Shown piece by piece: positions 1 through 12,870 of a stretch of DNA of 64,000 nucleotides (its first letter is position 1; each line of letters opens with the position of its first letter). A program made the translations under genes and the position numbers. Below the pieces are notes generated by a model. It made no database searches, was not told the origin of the DNA, and was given only the letters and a program-made list of their open reading frames with translations. This DNA comes from Balanoglossus misakiensis (Eukaryota; Animalia; Hemichordata), in NCBI GenBank assembly GCA_040954595.2, contig CM082592.2, positions 2,282,338 to 2,346,337 of the forward strand. Reading direction: 5' to 3'.

Positions 1-533
1 TTGCTTAAAATTATAAATATGCAAATTTTGCAACAATTTGAACAAAACTATGGTTACTCAGACAACCATTAGGAAGCTTCATACTAAATTTCAAAGAAGT
101 AGGCCTATCACTTTCAGAAATGAAGACCTTTTACCAATAACATGGAAAAATACAAAAAATGCATAAAAAATAGGAAATCGATAATATTAGCTCAAAACAT
201 ACAGGCCTGTACGAGGTAGACATAAGGTACATGCATACCAATTTTCTAATCAATATGACCAGTGGTTGTTGAGTTTTTACCAATTTCACATTTTCCCAGC
301 TAATTTGCATATTTTTGACAATGGCAACTTCATTTGAACAAACTCCCATCTAAAGCCCTGCTTGCATCTACACACCAAATATCGAGGTCATATGCGCAGC
401 AGTTTTCAAGTTTTTGATGTGGACGGACATACAGACATACATCCATCCATACATACAGACATACATACATACATACTTACATACAGACGCAACAAATCCC
501 ATAAGGTCCCATGGTACATACCAATGGGTCCTA
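1..533 (+). mobile_element. 3' part of a HINE/Helentron-like non-autonomous element (microsatellite plus terminal hairpin)
   Basis: Similar to the 3' ends of 11205-12480 and 12871-14040: (ACAT/ACAG)n tract followed by GGTCCCATGGTA..TACCAATGGGTCC hairpin. Confidence 0.6.
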
Positions 534-857
534 AACATGTGTTGAACATGTCCGAAATTATCCCTTACCCTACCGGTTATGGTACCTGCTACAGTCACAA
601 GTCGTTGAAAATATGTATACCAATGTACATACTGTGTTACTGAGTTAGATAGCTTTTGTTTCTTTGCCATGTGTGAGTTGAATTGCTTGACTTTTCTGTA
701 TCCACCGTTTATGACCAGCTTGCCCTGACAAAATTACCAGCTGAGGCAACTAAGTGTCTTAGTTAAAATTCTCCATGGTCAAGGTATGAACTTGTCCAAC
801 ATTCTACTCTTCTAGATTTCATTTCTTACCTGCAATGGAAATTCTTTTCTTTTTCAG

Positions 858-961
858 CTTGTATGTGATAAGTTCTCAGTTGTCACCAGAATCCAGATCA
901 TCAGGAATTGAAATGTTGGAAACTGACACATTTAAACTCCATTGTTACCAGACATTAACAG
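858..961 (+). pseudogene. TRAPPC4: TRAPPC4 (synbindin/Trs23) internal exon
   Basis: ttttcag acceptor and gtaggt donor; encodes [34 protein letters not shown](G), which I recognise as near-identical to metazoan TRAPPC4. Confidence 0.9.
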
Positions 962-2317
962 GTAGGTCAACAAGGATTGCAGGTTCAAGTTCTAGCATGG
1001 CCTTTACTCTTTTCTCATTCTTCTTTGCCTCCATGGGTAGACGGCCAATGGTGATTTCCACCTGTTCTGGCTGAATGAATTAGGAAAAAAACTTTCCAAG
1101 TTTATCAGATTGTCGGCATAATACTAATAGAAAGCTTATGGTGACAACAGAACAAATTGAAGTATAGACTATTGTGGTATGCATACAAAGTCTATGTTAT
1201 TGCCTGTTGGTTATTGCTGTGTGTAGAAGAAAACACACCACACTTTCGGTCTTAATAACAGCACCCCTTGTGGCGAACGTTTGAAATCCTTGATTTTGCG
1301 CATGGGTTCACAGCAACTCAAAAGTCTCATATTTGAGTTCACAATGACAGACAACAAGCTATGTCAATGCTAGAAGTCTGCAGGTTGTATTTCTACAGCC
1401 AGAGTTACATGTACAGTGCCTGGTGACTAAAACCAACTTTTGTTTAAAAAAAACGACCCCGGTGAGATGAACATTTATAGAATTTCCAACACATAATGTA
1501 AATAATCCATCCTAGCAGCAACATGAAACCTGGCTAGAAATGATTCATGTCTACTGACATCTAAACCATATATACTCTCCCCCCCCCCAACACCAGAAAA
1601 TATAATCCATTCAGTTTTTTTAACCCTTTCACCATCATGGTTCAGTCCAAACCCATTGTTTCCTATGGTAAGGTTGGACCTCTTAATAGGGATCTGGGGG
1701 TGGAAGGGATAAAGCTTCTTGCAAACACTTCCTCTCAAATGCACTGCCTCCAATGTACTGGTTTCTGTCAATACTCACCAGCAATCCCATCTTGCAAACA
1801 CTTCCTGTCACAACAAGAATTACAAATTCAGTTTGTAAACAAATACAGCTTCTCCTCTTGTGGTTGCTGTTGACACACCCCTTGAAGCAAGAAGCATTTT
1901 TGAAAGAAATTACTGTCAGCTAGCTAAATCCTTGCATCAGTCAATCTAATGTTTTTAAACTCTGGAAAGGACCTTGGAATACTTTCGCCTAAGAAAATTA
2001 TCTTGTAATCTATATTTATGGAAGTTTGCACTGTGACTGATGGCAATGTCAAAATTATGGTTGAAGGTGGTCATGTTACAGCAATCCAAACAATTTCATG
2101 CACAAGAATGAATTCTGGGTTTCACTTATTGATCTGGTTGTTTGATATTCAATTTAAAAGGATATTAGCTGTAACTATTGACTATATTTTCAGTATTTTT
2201 GTTCTGTGTATCAAATATAATTTCGCCAGCTTGGTTCACTCCAAACCCATTGTGTTCTGAGGTAAAGTTGGATCTCTATATAGGTAACTGGGGGTGAAAA
2301 TCAGAACTTTGGGTTAA

Positions 2318-2622
2318 AGCACGTACTAGCTCGTCTCAAGCGCATGCGCGTAACTTCCCAGCAAATTTTCCGTTCGATGCATTCAAATAGTGGACTGCCT
2401 TTGCTTCCTTCCATATTTCTTGCACAGCGTAAAAGTAGATTCTGGTTTTGTCCCTCCTTTTCACCCAAGCTAGAGTCTTTTCCCGATCTCCGACACAGAT
2501 TATGGTCGCCGCCATCTTCTCTGTTGTTAGGACAGAGCACTGCCTTATGGGATTGACTGTTCACTAAACGTCTGTAACCAGCGGCTACATTTGGAACATG
2601 CGTGTGAGACGAGCTACGCGCT
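2318..2622. mobile_element. MITE flanked by TTAA (Kolobok-like termini)
   Basis: Imperfect TIRs AGCACGTACTAGCTCGTCTCAAGCGCATG / CATGCGTGTGAGACGAGCTACGCGCT, with TTAA on both sides. Confidence 0.5.
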
Positions 2623-2894
2623 TTAAACTTTGCAAGACCCCTGTTTTATTGAACCTGAGTGTAAAATTGTTGTTAGATTTAATACTTTCACCCCAGATCC
2701 CTCTATAGAGGTCAAACCTTCCCATAGAAAACAATGGATTTGGACCAAACCATGGTGGTTAAAGGGTTAATCTCATTATGAGAGAGGGAAATTTAGCACA
2801 ATTATTTCTAGTGTAAATTCTGTGTCAGTCTGAATTGCAACCAGTAATCTACACCTTTGATTAAAACAAAACTTGTGTAATTTTTTTTTTTCAG

Positions 2895-3020
2895 GAATTA
2901 AATTCAGAGTATTAACAGACCCAAGACAAGGTGGAGTGGATACTCTGTTAAAGAAGATCTATGAAATTTATTCAGATTTTGCATTAAAAATCCATTTTAT
3001 TCATTAGATATGCCAATCAG
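2895..3020 (+). pseudogene. TRAPPC4: TRAPPC4 penultimate exon with a 1-bp deletion
   Basis: Polypyrimidine-cag acceptor and gtgaga donor; [32 protein letters not shown] then [11 protein letters not shown] in a shifted frame (A-run near 2986-2990 is one A short). Confidence 0.88.
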
Positions 3021-3329
3021 GTGAGAATATCACTTTTTAAATTGCTAATTGTACATGTATTATCATTTCTATTATCAATATTTTTGTCATCGAGTGTACG
3101 CTACCTTTGACCTTATCAATACCAATGCTGAATCTGTTTTCAGACTGAATCCACTCCATTGTGGTGTCAATTTGCATTCATAGTTTCATGGATCACGAAC
3201 AAGAAAATGATGATATATGCAGAATGGTGATCACACAGTTATCCATGAAGCATGTCATTTTATTCTGACCACAGATTTATATCTACTCTCTGAAGACTTG
3301 CATCTTTTTTTCTTTTGTTCATTTCTCAG

Positions 3330-4105
3330 GTGCGAATTAGGCTGCATTCACAAACACCTCTGGAGGGGGGGGGGGGAGAATTGAGGGGGGGGGGATTTGA
3401 AAAAAATTGAGGGTATGTAAGGGGGGGATTTGAAATAATTTAGGGACTGAAAGGGGGGGACTTGAAAACTTTGACGACTTAATATTTATTTTGAGTCCAC
3501 AAAAATGCAGTTTCACACCCTTTATTTTACAAAATGTTCTGGTTTATCTAGTGTCCCAGGTCAGGGGACTTGCCCCCACCCCATGATAACTTTGAGCGGC
3601 GACAGTTAAATTTGTCCTCCCCAACATACCGGTAGGTGAGTTAATTTGCTTTTGCCGGGTTCATTAAAATGCAGCTTTGAGCTCTGTATTTTATAAAATT
3701 TTCTTACGTGGGAGGGGACACCCCCTTCAATTTTTGGTTTACAATGTCTCCCAACACAGAATACAAATACTTAAAAAAATAAAAACAATGTTCAGTTTTA
3801 ATACCCACTGATGAGGGGAAACATCAGTTTCAAATTCTTATCATGGGAGCGCTGTTGTGATGTGTTTTGCTCTGAAAGAAAATGGGTGGGGGGGGGATTT
3901 CAAAATTTTGGCAGTTCGGAAGGGGGGGATTTGAAAATATGTTGGGTTGTGTACGGGGGGCATGTGAAATTAGCGGTAAAAAAAATTGAATACTCCCCCC
4001 CCCCCCCCTCCAGAGGTGTTTGTGAATGCAGCCTTATTTGATGAAAACTTGAAGTCAACACTGGAACAAGCTGAGAGAACCACTGTTTACACAGCCAGTG
4101 TATAG
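3330..4105 (+). pseudogene. TRAPPC4: TRAPPC4 last coding exon, split by a MITE
   Basis: ttctcag acceptor; (R)CEL at 3330-3339, MITE, then LFDENLKSTLEQAERTTVYTASV* at 4034-4105, matching the RCELFD.NLK..LE.AE C-terminus. Confidence 0.85.
3340..4033. mobile_element. PIF/Harbinger (Tourist-like) MITE, 694 bp
   Basis: Perfect TIR GGCTGCATTCACAAACACCTCTGGAGGGGG / CCCCCTCCAGAGGTGTTTGTGAATGCAGCC; TTA target-site duplication at 3337-3339 and 4034-4036. Confidence 0.88.
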
Positions 4106-4300
4106 ATCGAACTTGTGGACTTCTTACCCATGATGTTATCATGGCGGTGATGCTGACAGTTGTGTGATACCAACAACAATGCCTGCAGAATATGTAATAC
4201 CCTCTACAAAGCATGTGCACAGCCAGTGTATAGATCGAATTTGCGGACTTCTAACCCATGATGTTATCATGGCGGTGATGCTGACAGTTGTGTGATACCA
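4090..4300 (+). repeat. Local direct duplication (~80 bp) spanning the TRAPPC4 stop codon and 3'UTR start
   Basis: cacagccagtgtatagatcgaa...gttgtgtgataccaa occurs at ~4090-4172 and ~4218-4300. Confidence 0.75.
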
Positions 4301-4317
4301 AGAATGTGCAATCATTT

Positions 4318-4844
4318 TGACCATGCATCATGCATCTTAATATGTCATTCGAAACTAGAGTACATGTGCAAAAAAAAAGATAATTTTGTTTTGCGTTATC
4401 TGCTTCCATTGAGTAGTAACAGCGTTTGAAAGTTACATTTTTAGAAAAATTTGATCAAATTCACGGTGAGTTGTATTGAATCAGAGTTTATTCCCGCCAG
4501 GGACAAATTATCGACTAAAAGATAATCTGTTTTTTTTTGGATGTGTCATACACAATCCCCAGTTAAAATTTGAGCAAATTCAGCCAACTCAGAGCGAAGC
4601 TAAATTCTTCTGAAGTTGTCAAGAGCAGCGAAAACGCAAACTGAGAAAAATGGCCATTTGCATTGTTGACACCTACTATTTGTTAAGTTGTGGACTCGTT
4701 CAGAAAAGTGCTATTTTTGGGTGATTATGCACCATTTTCGCCAAGACGTATTAGTCAGGATGTGGATCAGTATTAGACCTACCAATTTCTGTAAAAAAGT
4801 AAATTTTGGCAAAAATCACAACTTTTCATGCAATGCCACCTTAA
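4318..4844 (-). mobile_element. One-ended DNA transposon fragment (TTAA-GGTGGCA terminus); second copy at ~19431-19951
   Basis: High-similarity inverted copy at 19431-19951 with the same endpoints; ends GCCACC-TTAA. Confidence 0.65.
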
Positions 4845-5094
4845 GGCAGCCAGAATTCATATTACCCCTCCAGTCAGTGCAGATATAAGACCACACATTT
4901 AAAAAATGTATGTTTTTATTTTTTTAATAATTAGTGTACACATCTGCATTGAACTAAATAAATAAAATAAATAAATATATACACTGAGTAAATAAACTAA
5001 GTAAATAAATGTATGCTAACTAAACCTATGCTACCTAAACTAATTAGATAAACCTAATTAACTAAATACTAAACTTATACTAATTAACTAAGAA

Positions 5095-5099
5095 CTTAT

Positions 5100-5142
<43 letters not shown>

Positions 5143-5224
5143 ACTATTCAAAAGTTTGGACAAATACATGTGTACACTCACTCACTCACTCACTTAGACA
5201 GACAGACAGACTGACAGACGGACG

Positions 5225-5276
<52 letters not shown>

Positions 5277-5277
5277 G
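5095..5277. repeat. Compound microsatellites (AACT)n, (CACT)n, (AGAC)n
   Basis: Directly visible. Confidence 0.9.
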
Positions 5278-7894
5278 GTGTATCAAAATGGGTATTACTG
5301 AGGAGGGGGGGGGGCGGCAGTTTGGGCCAAGACTGGTTGGGGCATTTCAGAGGACATTTAAAAATCAAATTTACTTGAGGCAACCTGAGGAAATTGTTAA
5401 GAAGACGGGTTCTCATGTGCCATGGTTAGGGCGCTCCTTTTTTTTTATACTTATCATAAGTGGGTAAACATTTATTATCAGCGACTTCAAAATCTTGCGT
5501 GAACACATGTTATTTGAGTTTCAAATAGGTCAGAGATCAACAGGCATTTGCATGATCCATTACCGATTCATGGTAACTTTTCATTGGAGGTTGCACTTGA
5601 AAGACAAAATGCAAAGTAGTTTTTTTTTTTTATGAAACAAAAGTTACATGAAAAACCTGCTTGATTTCCGATCCATATATTGTATAGCATCATTCAAGTA
5701 AACAAGCTTTGTCAGTGTTCTGGTCAGTTTTTTTTTTCGCTTTTCGAACTCTTACTCGTATCTTCTTGAGAAAACTCACAGCTTGGGTTTTAAACAACAG
5801 AGGTGTTGCGGAATAAACAACAACTACAAACACTAAGTAAATGTCTGAAAAATAAACTTAATAAAGTATTCAAAGAAGATAAATGATTACAATCAAAGAT
5901 AAAAGATTTGATTTCAAACAATTTTGCAGATTTGCCATTCAGGCAAATACAGCCAAAGCAAGAGATGTCAAGCAAAGTGAGCAACTCTTACAACAAGTTG
6001 GAAAGTACAAATGCCGACAGATTGTTTAACCTTATGATTGAATGTTGATGCCATATATAGCGCATTGGATGGTATTGTGAAAATGTGTCATCTACATTGT
6101 GTTTCAATATAGCTCCCAGCAGTATTCACTTTGTGTGAACTTCTCCACGCCTTCAACCAATTTGTCAGTCTTGTGGGTCATTTGTGAGGTGCTATGATTA
6201 ACCCCTGCAACTGTCAATCCAGCAGAGGCAATGTCATTAACAATGAATTGCACATGCATAACTGACTCAGAGGGCCCAGAGGGAAAACCAGTTTCATTCA
6301 AAAACGAAGAATAGCCGGTGCCTTGGGGGTCTAAACCATGGGATTTGCAACAATAACACTGTTGTCCCCTGATATCAATGCATCCGTAGAAGAATTTGAA
6401 AAGCTTGGTGATAAAACTGCAGCAAATATGTAACATGCAAATGAGAGTAGTACCTGTAATGATAGGAAGCCTTTTGATGGTCTGATAAAACAAACGAGCA
6501 GAAAAGCTGGAAAATATTGTCCCTGTGATGCATCGTTGGAGATCATACATTTTATGAAATTTTTTCTATGGATATGAAAATAGTGGTACTTAAAGAGTGT
6601 GACAACCTATGAACAAGGATTAATCCTCACTACTTCAGCCTTGAAACAGAAATGCACCAAATGTTTGATAATAACCATAATAACAGTTCTTACAAAAAAT
6701 GTGCTGTCTTTGGCCATGGCTATATGTTCCCTTTTGTTGAAAGAAGTTTGACACATCAAAGTCCAGCCAGCTTTTGAAAGCATGGGAACATTGTGACCTG
6801 CAGCAGGTTAGAAAGGGGGACAGATCACATTTTCGGGGGACAATATATCAGGACAGTGTTCTCCCTGGGAAAAATCATAGAGCCAGGGCTAATTTCCGTA
6901 AAATTTACATAATCATAGCTTCTTTTGGACACATTTTACCACAGCTGTTACTTATCAAGTATGCTGACATTGGCACATCGTACTTACTAAGAAAGAATAT
7001 TGTCTTTTTTATACCCAGTGCAAAGTAGCCCAAGTGAAATACTATTACTAGTGAAAGTATTTGAAATTGACCTGGGGTTACGAAGTCCGCTCCAATAAAA
7101 CACCCTGATGTTCCCATGACTTGCTGTGCCCCTCAAAAACTGTGATGTTGTCATATTTTTTACGCGCTAGCGACAACCAGTAGTAAGAGAGACTGATAAA
7201 TCGATGCTGATATGATAGCCTGTTTATTGATGTTTTAAAATGGGGTAGAAATTTTGAAGATGGCAGACATTTAGAGGCTTAAAAACGGCGAATATTCAAC
7301 TGTGTCGAGCAGTTTTCAAGTGGAAGTTGGGGGCCTTCGCGCTATATACCAATTTACTAGCATACGGATGAGACCTTTGACACAAGCCACATCTTGTGTC
7401 AGCTGCTCGATCACGCGAGCGAGCGGCTCAATTCAAGACACTGCGTTGTTTATCATGATGGTGGTTGTTGATTCTTTTTTGTTTGTTTGTTTGTTTGTTT
7501 GATTGTTTGTTTCCCCGAACAGAACGCCTAATTCACCTGTGTCCTGGATGAAACACTGTCTGCCCATGCCAAGTTCACAAGTTTTCAGTGCGGGTTGTCT
7601 TTTACATCCTACTACATTATGTAATTTTTAGAAATTGGACATATCCTAAGACAAGACACCTCAGATTTTGTGTTAATTATGATATACTGCCATTGGTGTA
7701 TTTTTTTTTTGGGGGGGGGGGGGGAAAGATCAACATTCAGGATCAGATTAATTACTTTATAATAATTTTTTTGCAATCATACCCCATCCTATTCTAAACA
7801 AAATCAAATAGTGCAAAGTAATTAAAAGTTTACCTTATCAAGTAGGCATAAATCAGGGCAGGTGGCATTGAAATTTACCTGCCCTTCGTAATTA

Positions 7895-9440
7895 TTACCG
7901 GCCCTGGGCCGCTGTTAATTTTATAAGCCTGTGTAGACGCGCAGGCACATGGCATGACCTCCTACAAAAGTTGCTTCATCTTTTGTCATGTTTAGCTGAG
8001 TTGTTACAATGCGCGCACACGTTCAGTGCGTTGCTTGTGTTACTAGGCTGTTGATGTGATTTATAGGACGCCTGTCTAAAGATAACTTGTTCACTGAATG
8101 AGACGGCAGCGCACTGCTCTTGACAGCGTGCAGAGCTGCGTTGCTTCTTGGGTGATTCAAGCCGTGGAAGGTGTGAAATCACTCAGTTGTGTTCACTAAT
8201 TGTCAAGAATTGAAAGGAAGTAGCAAGTTACAGTGAAAGCAAAGGTGGACACAAAGCAAAAGTACAGGGGTGACAATCAGTCACATTGTTGCTCACTTAG
8301 GAAGAATGCATCACAGTGACCCATGAAGATTATTCTGTTGCGACAATCCAACGTTTATTGCGTCAAATGTCGCAAGGCCGCACGCTAGCTGAAACACTGA
8401 AAGAGAGAGCAAATTTGGTAGGCAGTCATACAACATTGACACTTTTGTTTAAGTGTAAAGACAATCTAACATTTGCCAAATATTCAGAGGGTATCAACTT
8501 CAAGGACAGAAAACGTGGACATTCCTGCCTGCTATTTAGGTTAGTGGTTAGAGGTTAATGTTAGAGGTTAGATTGGGGTTAAAGGTTAAGGTGCAATTGC
8601 AATAGAAGGCTGCAATGTTCAAGTGTAACTGTCCTGAAAGCAGTCATCTGAATATCTGTAGGCCTGCAAGGTCCTAACCAGTAGACTGTGATAATATGTG
8701 ATTTGTAGACACAAGCAAGACATTCCTTCACTTGGTAACAGTATTGAATTTTATCATACAAGTAGTTTTTGTCTGTCTATCAGAACTATCCGCTTTGCTT
8801 TGTAAAATTTTAATAAAAAGGAGGAAGTTTCAGATAATAAGTTGGAAAAACAAACGGGTGGCTTAGAATCCAAAATAGGTGCTCTCTCTGTGTTTAAAAC
8901 ACTAATACTATCTAAAATCACAAATGATAGAAATAAAACAATATACAGTGTTTCAGCTTGCTTGCGGCCTTGCAACATTTGATGCAATAAATATTGGATT
9001 GTCACAACAAAATAAATCTTCATGGGTCACTGTGACACATTCTTCCTGAGTAAGCAACAATGTGACTGATTGTCACCCCTGTACTTTTGCTTTGCGTCCA
9101 CCTTTGCTTTCACTGTAACTTGCTACTTCCTTTCAATTCTTGACAATTAGTGAACACAACTGAGTGATTTCACGCCTTCAACGGCTTGAATCACCCTAGA
9201 AGCAACGCAGCTCTGCACGCTGTCAAGAGCAGTACGCTGCCATTTCATTCAGTGCACAAGTTATCTCTAGACAGGCGTCCTGTAAATCGCATCAATAGCC
9301 TAGTAACACAAGCAGTGTGCGCGCATTGTAACAACTCAGCTAAACATGACAAAAGATGAAGCAACTTTTGTTGGAGGTCATGTCATGTGTCTGCGCGTTT
9401 GCACAGGCTTATAAAATTAACAGCGGCCCAGGGCCAGTAA
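7895..9440. repeat. Long inverted repeat: ~500-bp arms (7895-~8399, ~8947-9440) with a ~550-bp spacer
   Basis: Arms are reverse complements with scattered substitutions and a small deletion in the right arm. Confidence 0.85.
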
Positions 9441-9454
9441 ACTGCAAATGAACA

Positions 9455-9765
9455 TGGTCGCCACCGTGAAAATATGCTAGAAACAAGGAAAACGTTGCAT
9501 TTCCCACTATAAAATTTCATAAACAAAGCATGATCTCATCCACTACAATTATGGAAGTAAATGTACTCTGCTGGGACATTACATTTTCATTTTTGATCGC
9601 AATATTGCAAAATTTTCGATTTTCTTTAACTTTTGGCCATTTTGTCATAAATAAGTGATCTTGATATACTATTATGAAATATCATTTAATAGACATAATT
9701 CAAAGGATATCTGGGATTATTTAAAACTTAAAATTTTTATCCAGTTGCAGCTCATGTGCCTTTAA
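9455..9765 (-). mobile_element. DNA transposon end fragment (TTAA-AGG terminus); related inverted copy at ~29478-29875
   Basis: atccagttgcagctcatgtgcctttaa versus ttaaaggtacatgagctgcaact; ~300 bp of shared sequence. Confidence 0.55.
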
Positions 9766-11204
9766 TCTAATCCTGAATGTTGATCTCCCCCCCCCCCCCC
9801 ACCAATATCGAAAACAGAGGAATGGCATAAACAAAAGATCAGCTGATTGCAGTCAATCCATGTACTGTGCATTTCTAGTATCATATTCAAACATCAGGAA
9901 ATAAATAATGAAGGTTTATTAACGCAAGTGAAAATATATTAAGGGTTCTGCTGAAATATATCTGAAAAAGTTTTGATTTTTGTGAAATCTTGGTGAGGAC
10001 TCAGGCAATATTTGCATTCATTAGTGTTCTCAGGAAAGTTCACGTATACGGGCGCTCAGAAGGTTGCAATACATAAACAAACTCGCCCTCGATCGACCCT
10101 CCATACTGCGTAGACAACATGACAGTGACAATTGCGGCATAACTTTTTACGTAAAACTTCGCTGACATGACTGCCTGGTACATGGTTCAGGGTATGTATG
10201 GTGAACGAATGTCAAATCCAGTATCATTGAGAGGTTTGCTTTACGTGTGGGACCGAGCCATGTTGAAAAGAGCAGATGACATGTAGTGCCGCATTAGGAA
10301 GAAAAAAATAAACAAATCGCTAGTCAAGGTCATATTTGAAATTAATAAATATCGCAGTACATTGTATTTATTCTGTGAATGTTTGCATTTCTTTTTTAGC
10401 CCTTAATATGTTCGCATTGTTTGAAAGCTCCGTTATTCAGTCAGAAATTGTCCACGTCTGGCTGGTTCTTGAGTGTGTCGCGCGTCCACGTCATAACACG
10501 ATACATTATCTGTAATAATTTACAGCTATGACGTCACAAAATTCACTTGATAAAGCTATAATATTAAATATATTACATGTATATCGATGTTGAGGGGCCT
10601 TAGTGATGTCCAAAAGAACCTATAATTATGTAAATTTTATGGAAATTAGCCCCGACACTATGATTATTCCCAGGGAGAACCCTGTCCTGATATATTGTCC
10701 CCCGAAAATATGATTTGTCCCCCTTTATAACCTGCTGCGGGTCACAATGTCCCCATGCTTCACAGTACAATATTTTACCCACAATTCTCCATGATTTGTA
10801 TATTTGAACGTTGCCCATTTAATAACTTTTTCTGTTTTACATGCTAACAATGATATGAAGTACATATAAATTTATTTATTTTTATCTAGGAAAAGTATGT
10901 TGAACAATTAATAGTGTGAAAATTTCAAAATCAAAATTAGAAGCCATAGGAATCTAGATATTCATGTACTGCAAATGTCACACTTTAGGGGAAACAAGCA
11001 ATGACTAACTGAGGTGGCCAGTCTCTGTTGAAAGTTAACATGTAAATTTCCTTTGTTCTGTCAATAGAAAAATCAATTTTTGTTTGATTAAACGGGTATT
11101 TCAAGTGTCCCTGTTTACTTCAAACTTTTTTGTATAGCTAGCTATGCAATTGCTTGATTATTTTATAAAATTAGTATCTCCTCTCTCAATAATGCATAAT
11201 TTTA

Positions 11205-12480
11205 AAAATACCGTCAAGGACACTGTGGTCCCATTTGAGGACATAGCACATAGCAATAAGCATATCTGCCCTGGATGCAAAGATATGGAAAAGTAGGTCA
11301 AAGGTCACCTGAGGGCATGCAAAATTTGGGCAAGAAATTTTGACCCTATACTGGTCCATATTCAACAAAAACCAAACCTATAGCCCTATTGGTTAGCCTG
11401 GAATTAGGTATGCACATAATTAATGAGATATGCAGGTGTCACAGGTGAACCCCAATTTTGACTTTTCAATTTTAGTCCCAACCCTCCAAATGCGAAGTCT
11501 GTACCTGCTCTGGATGCCAAGATATGATAAAGTAGGTCAAAGGTCACCTGAGGTCATGCAAAATTTGGGCAAGAAATTTTGACCTTATACTGGTCCATGT
11601 TCAACAAAAACCAAACCTAAAGCCTTATTGGTTAGCCTGGAATTAGGTATGCACATAATTAATGAGATATGCAGGTGTCACAGGTGACCCCCAATTTTGG
11701 CTTTTCAATTTTAGTCCCAACCCTCCAAACGCCAAGTCTGTACCTGCTCTGGATGCCGAGATATAGGAAAGTAGGTCAAAGGTCACCTGAGGTCACCCAA
11801 AATTTTGGCAAGAAATTTTGACCCTATACTGGTCCATGTCCCACAAGAACGAAACCTCTAGCCCTATTAGTTAGCCCGGAATTAGGTATGCACATAATTA
11901 ATGTGTAAAGCAGGTGTTACAGGTGAGCCCAAAAATTTGCCTTTTATTTTGGCCCCATTGTGCTCACTGACCAATAGACAGTCACTGTACAGGACTATTG
12001 CACAGACCAGAATTCCACAATAAGACGTGGACATAGCTTAACCATAGAGGTATAAGTAAAGGTATAAATTTAATAAAAAGACTAAAAAATTCATAAAAAA
12101 TAAAACATCCATGATATCAACTTAACACTTACAGGTCGGTGTGAGGTTGACATAAGGTACATGCATACCAATTTTCAAAGCAATCTGACCAGTAATTGTT
12201 GACTTACAGAGTTTTGATAAATTTTACATTTTACAAGCTAATTTGCATATTTTTGGGCCTGGCAACTTCGTTTGGACAAACTCCCATCTACAGCCCTGCC
12301 TGCACCTACACACCAAATATTGAGGTGATACGCGCAGCGGTTTTCAAGTTTTTGATGTGGACGGACATACAGACATACATCCATACATCCATCCATCCAT
12401 CCATCCATCCATACATACATACAGACGCAACCCATCCCATAAGGTCCCATGGTATATAGGCCTATACCAATGGGACCTAA
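11205..12480 (+). mobile_element. HINE/Helentron-like element, copy 1, with three ~239-bp core repeats
   Basis: Core marker gtaggtcaaaggtcacc at 11293, 11532 and 11771; (CCAT/ACAT)n tract; terminal hairpin GGTCCCATGGTATA..TATACCAATGGGACC before an A-run. Confidence 0.65.
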
Positions 12481-12870
12481 AAATAATTTGAAATGGTTAT
12501 TCACAGTAAGATTTGCCTTAAAAGTACGATCTCGAACTTGGTATTAGTGATCTACAATTCTCTGTTCACATGTGCACTTTGCCTGGTTTGACAGAGGAAT
12601 ATCTGTTGGTACAAATCAGAATGAATCATGAGATATTTCTAGTACTGTGTGCTTTCAAAAGCTGGCTGAAACACTGATAATATACCAATTTGCTTGTTAA
12701 TTTGAGGAATTTTACCTGGTGAAATAACAATTTGTATTTTTATCTGTCTAGCTGAATTTTGGTGATTATCATTATGCTCCATATTTGCCTTTGTACTTTT
12801 ACAAATATTTTAATCGAGGTTGAAGACATGTAACACCACTAATATGTAGATTTTTATGTATTTGATAATA

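Noticed and set aside
6070-6550. 148-aa ORF with a diverged inverted copy near 20850-21050
   Set aside because: No recognisable domain and the second copy is frame-disrupted; treated as an old dispersed repeat.
6772-10762. Inverted ~165-bp pair (6772-6935 and 10600-10762) as TIRs of one 4-kb element
   Set aside because: The copies are diverged, with no TSD or defined termini; more likely separate fragments of one repeat family.
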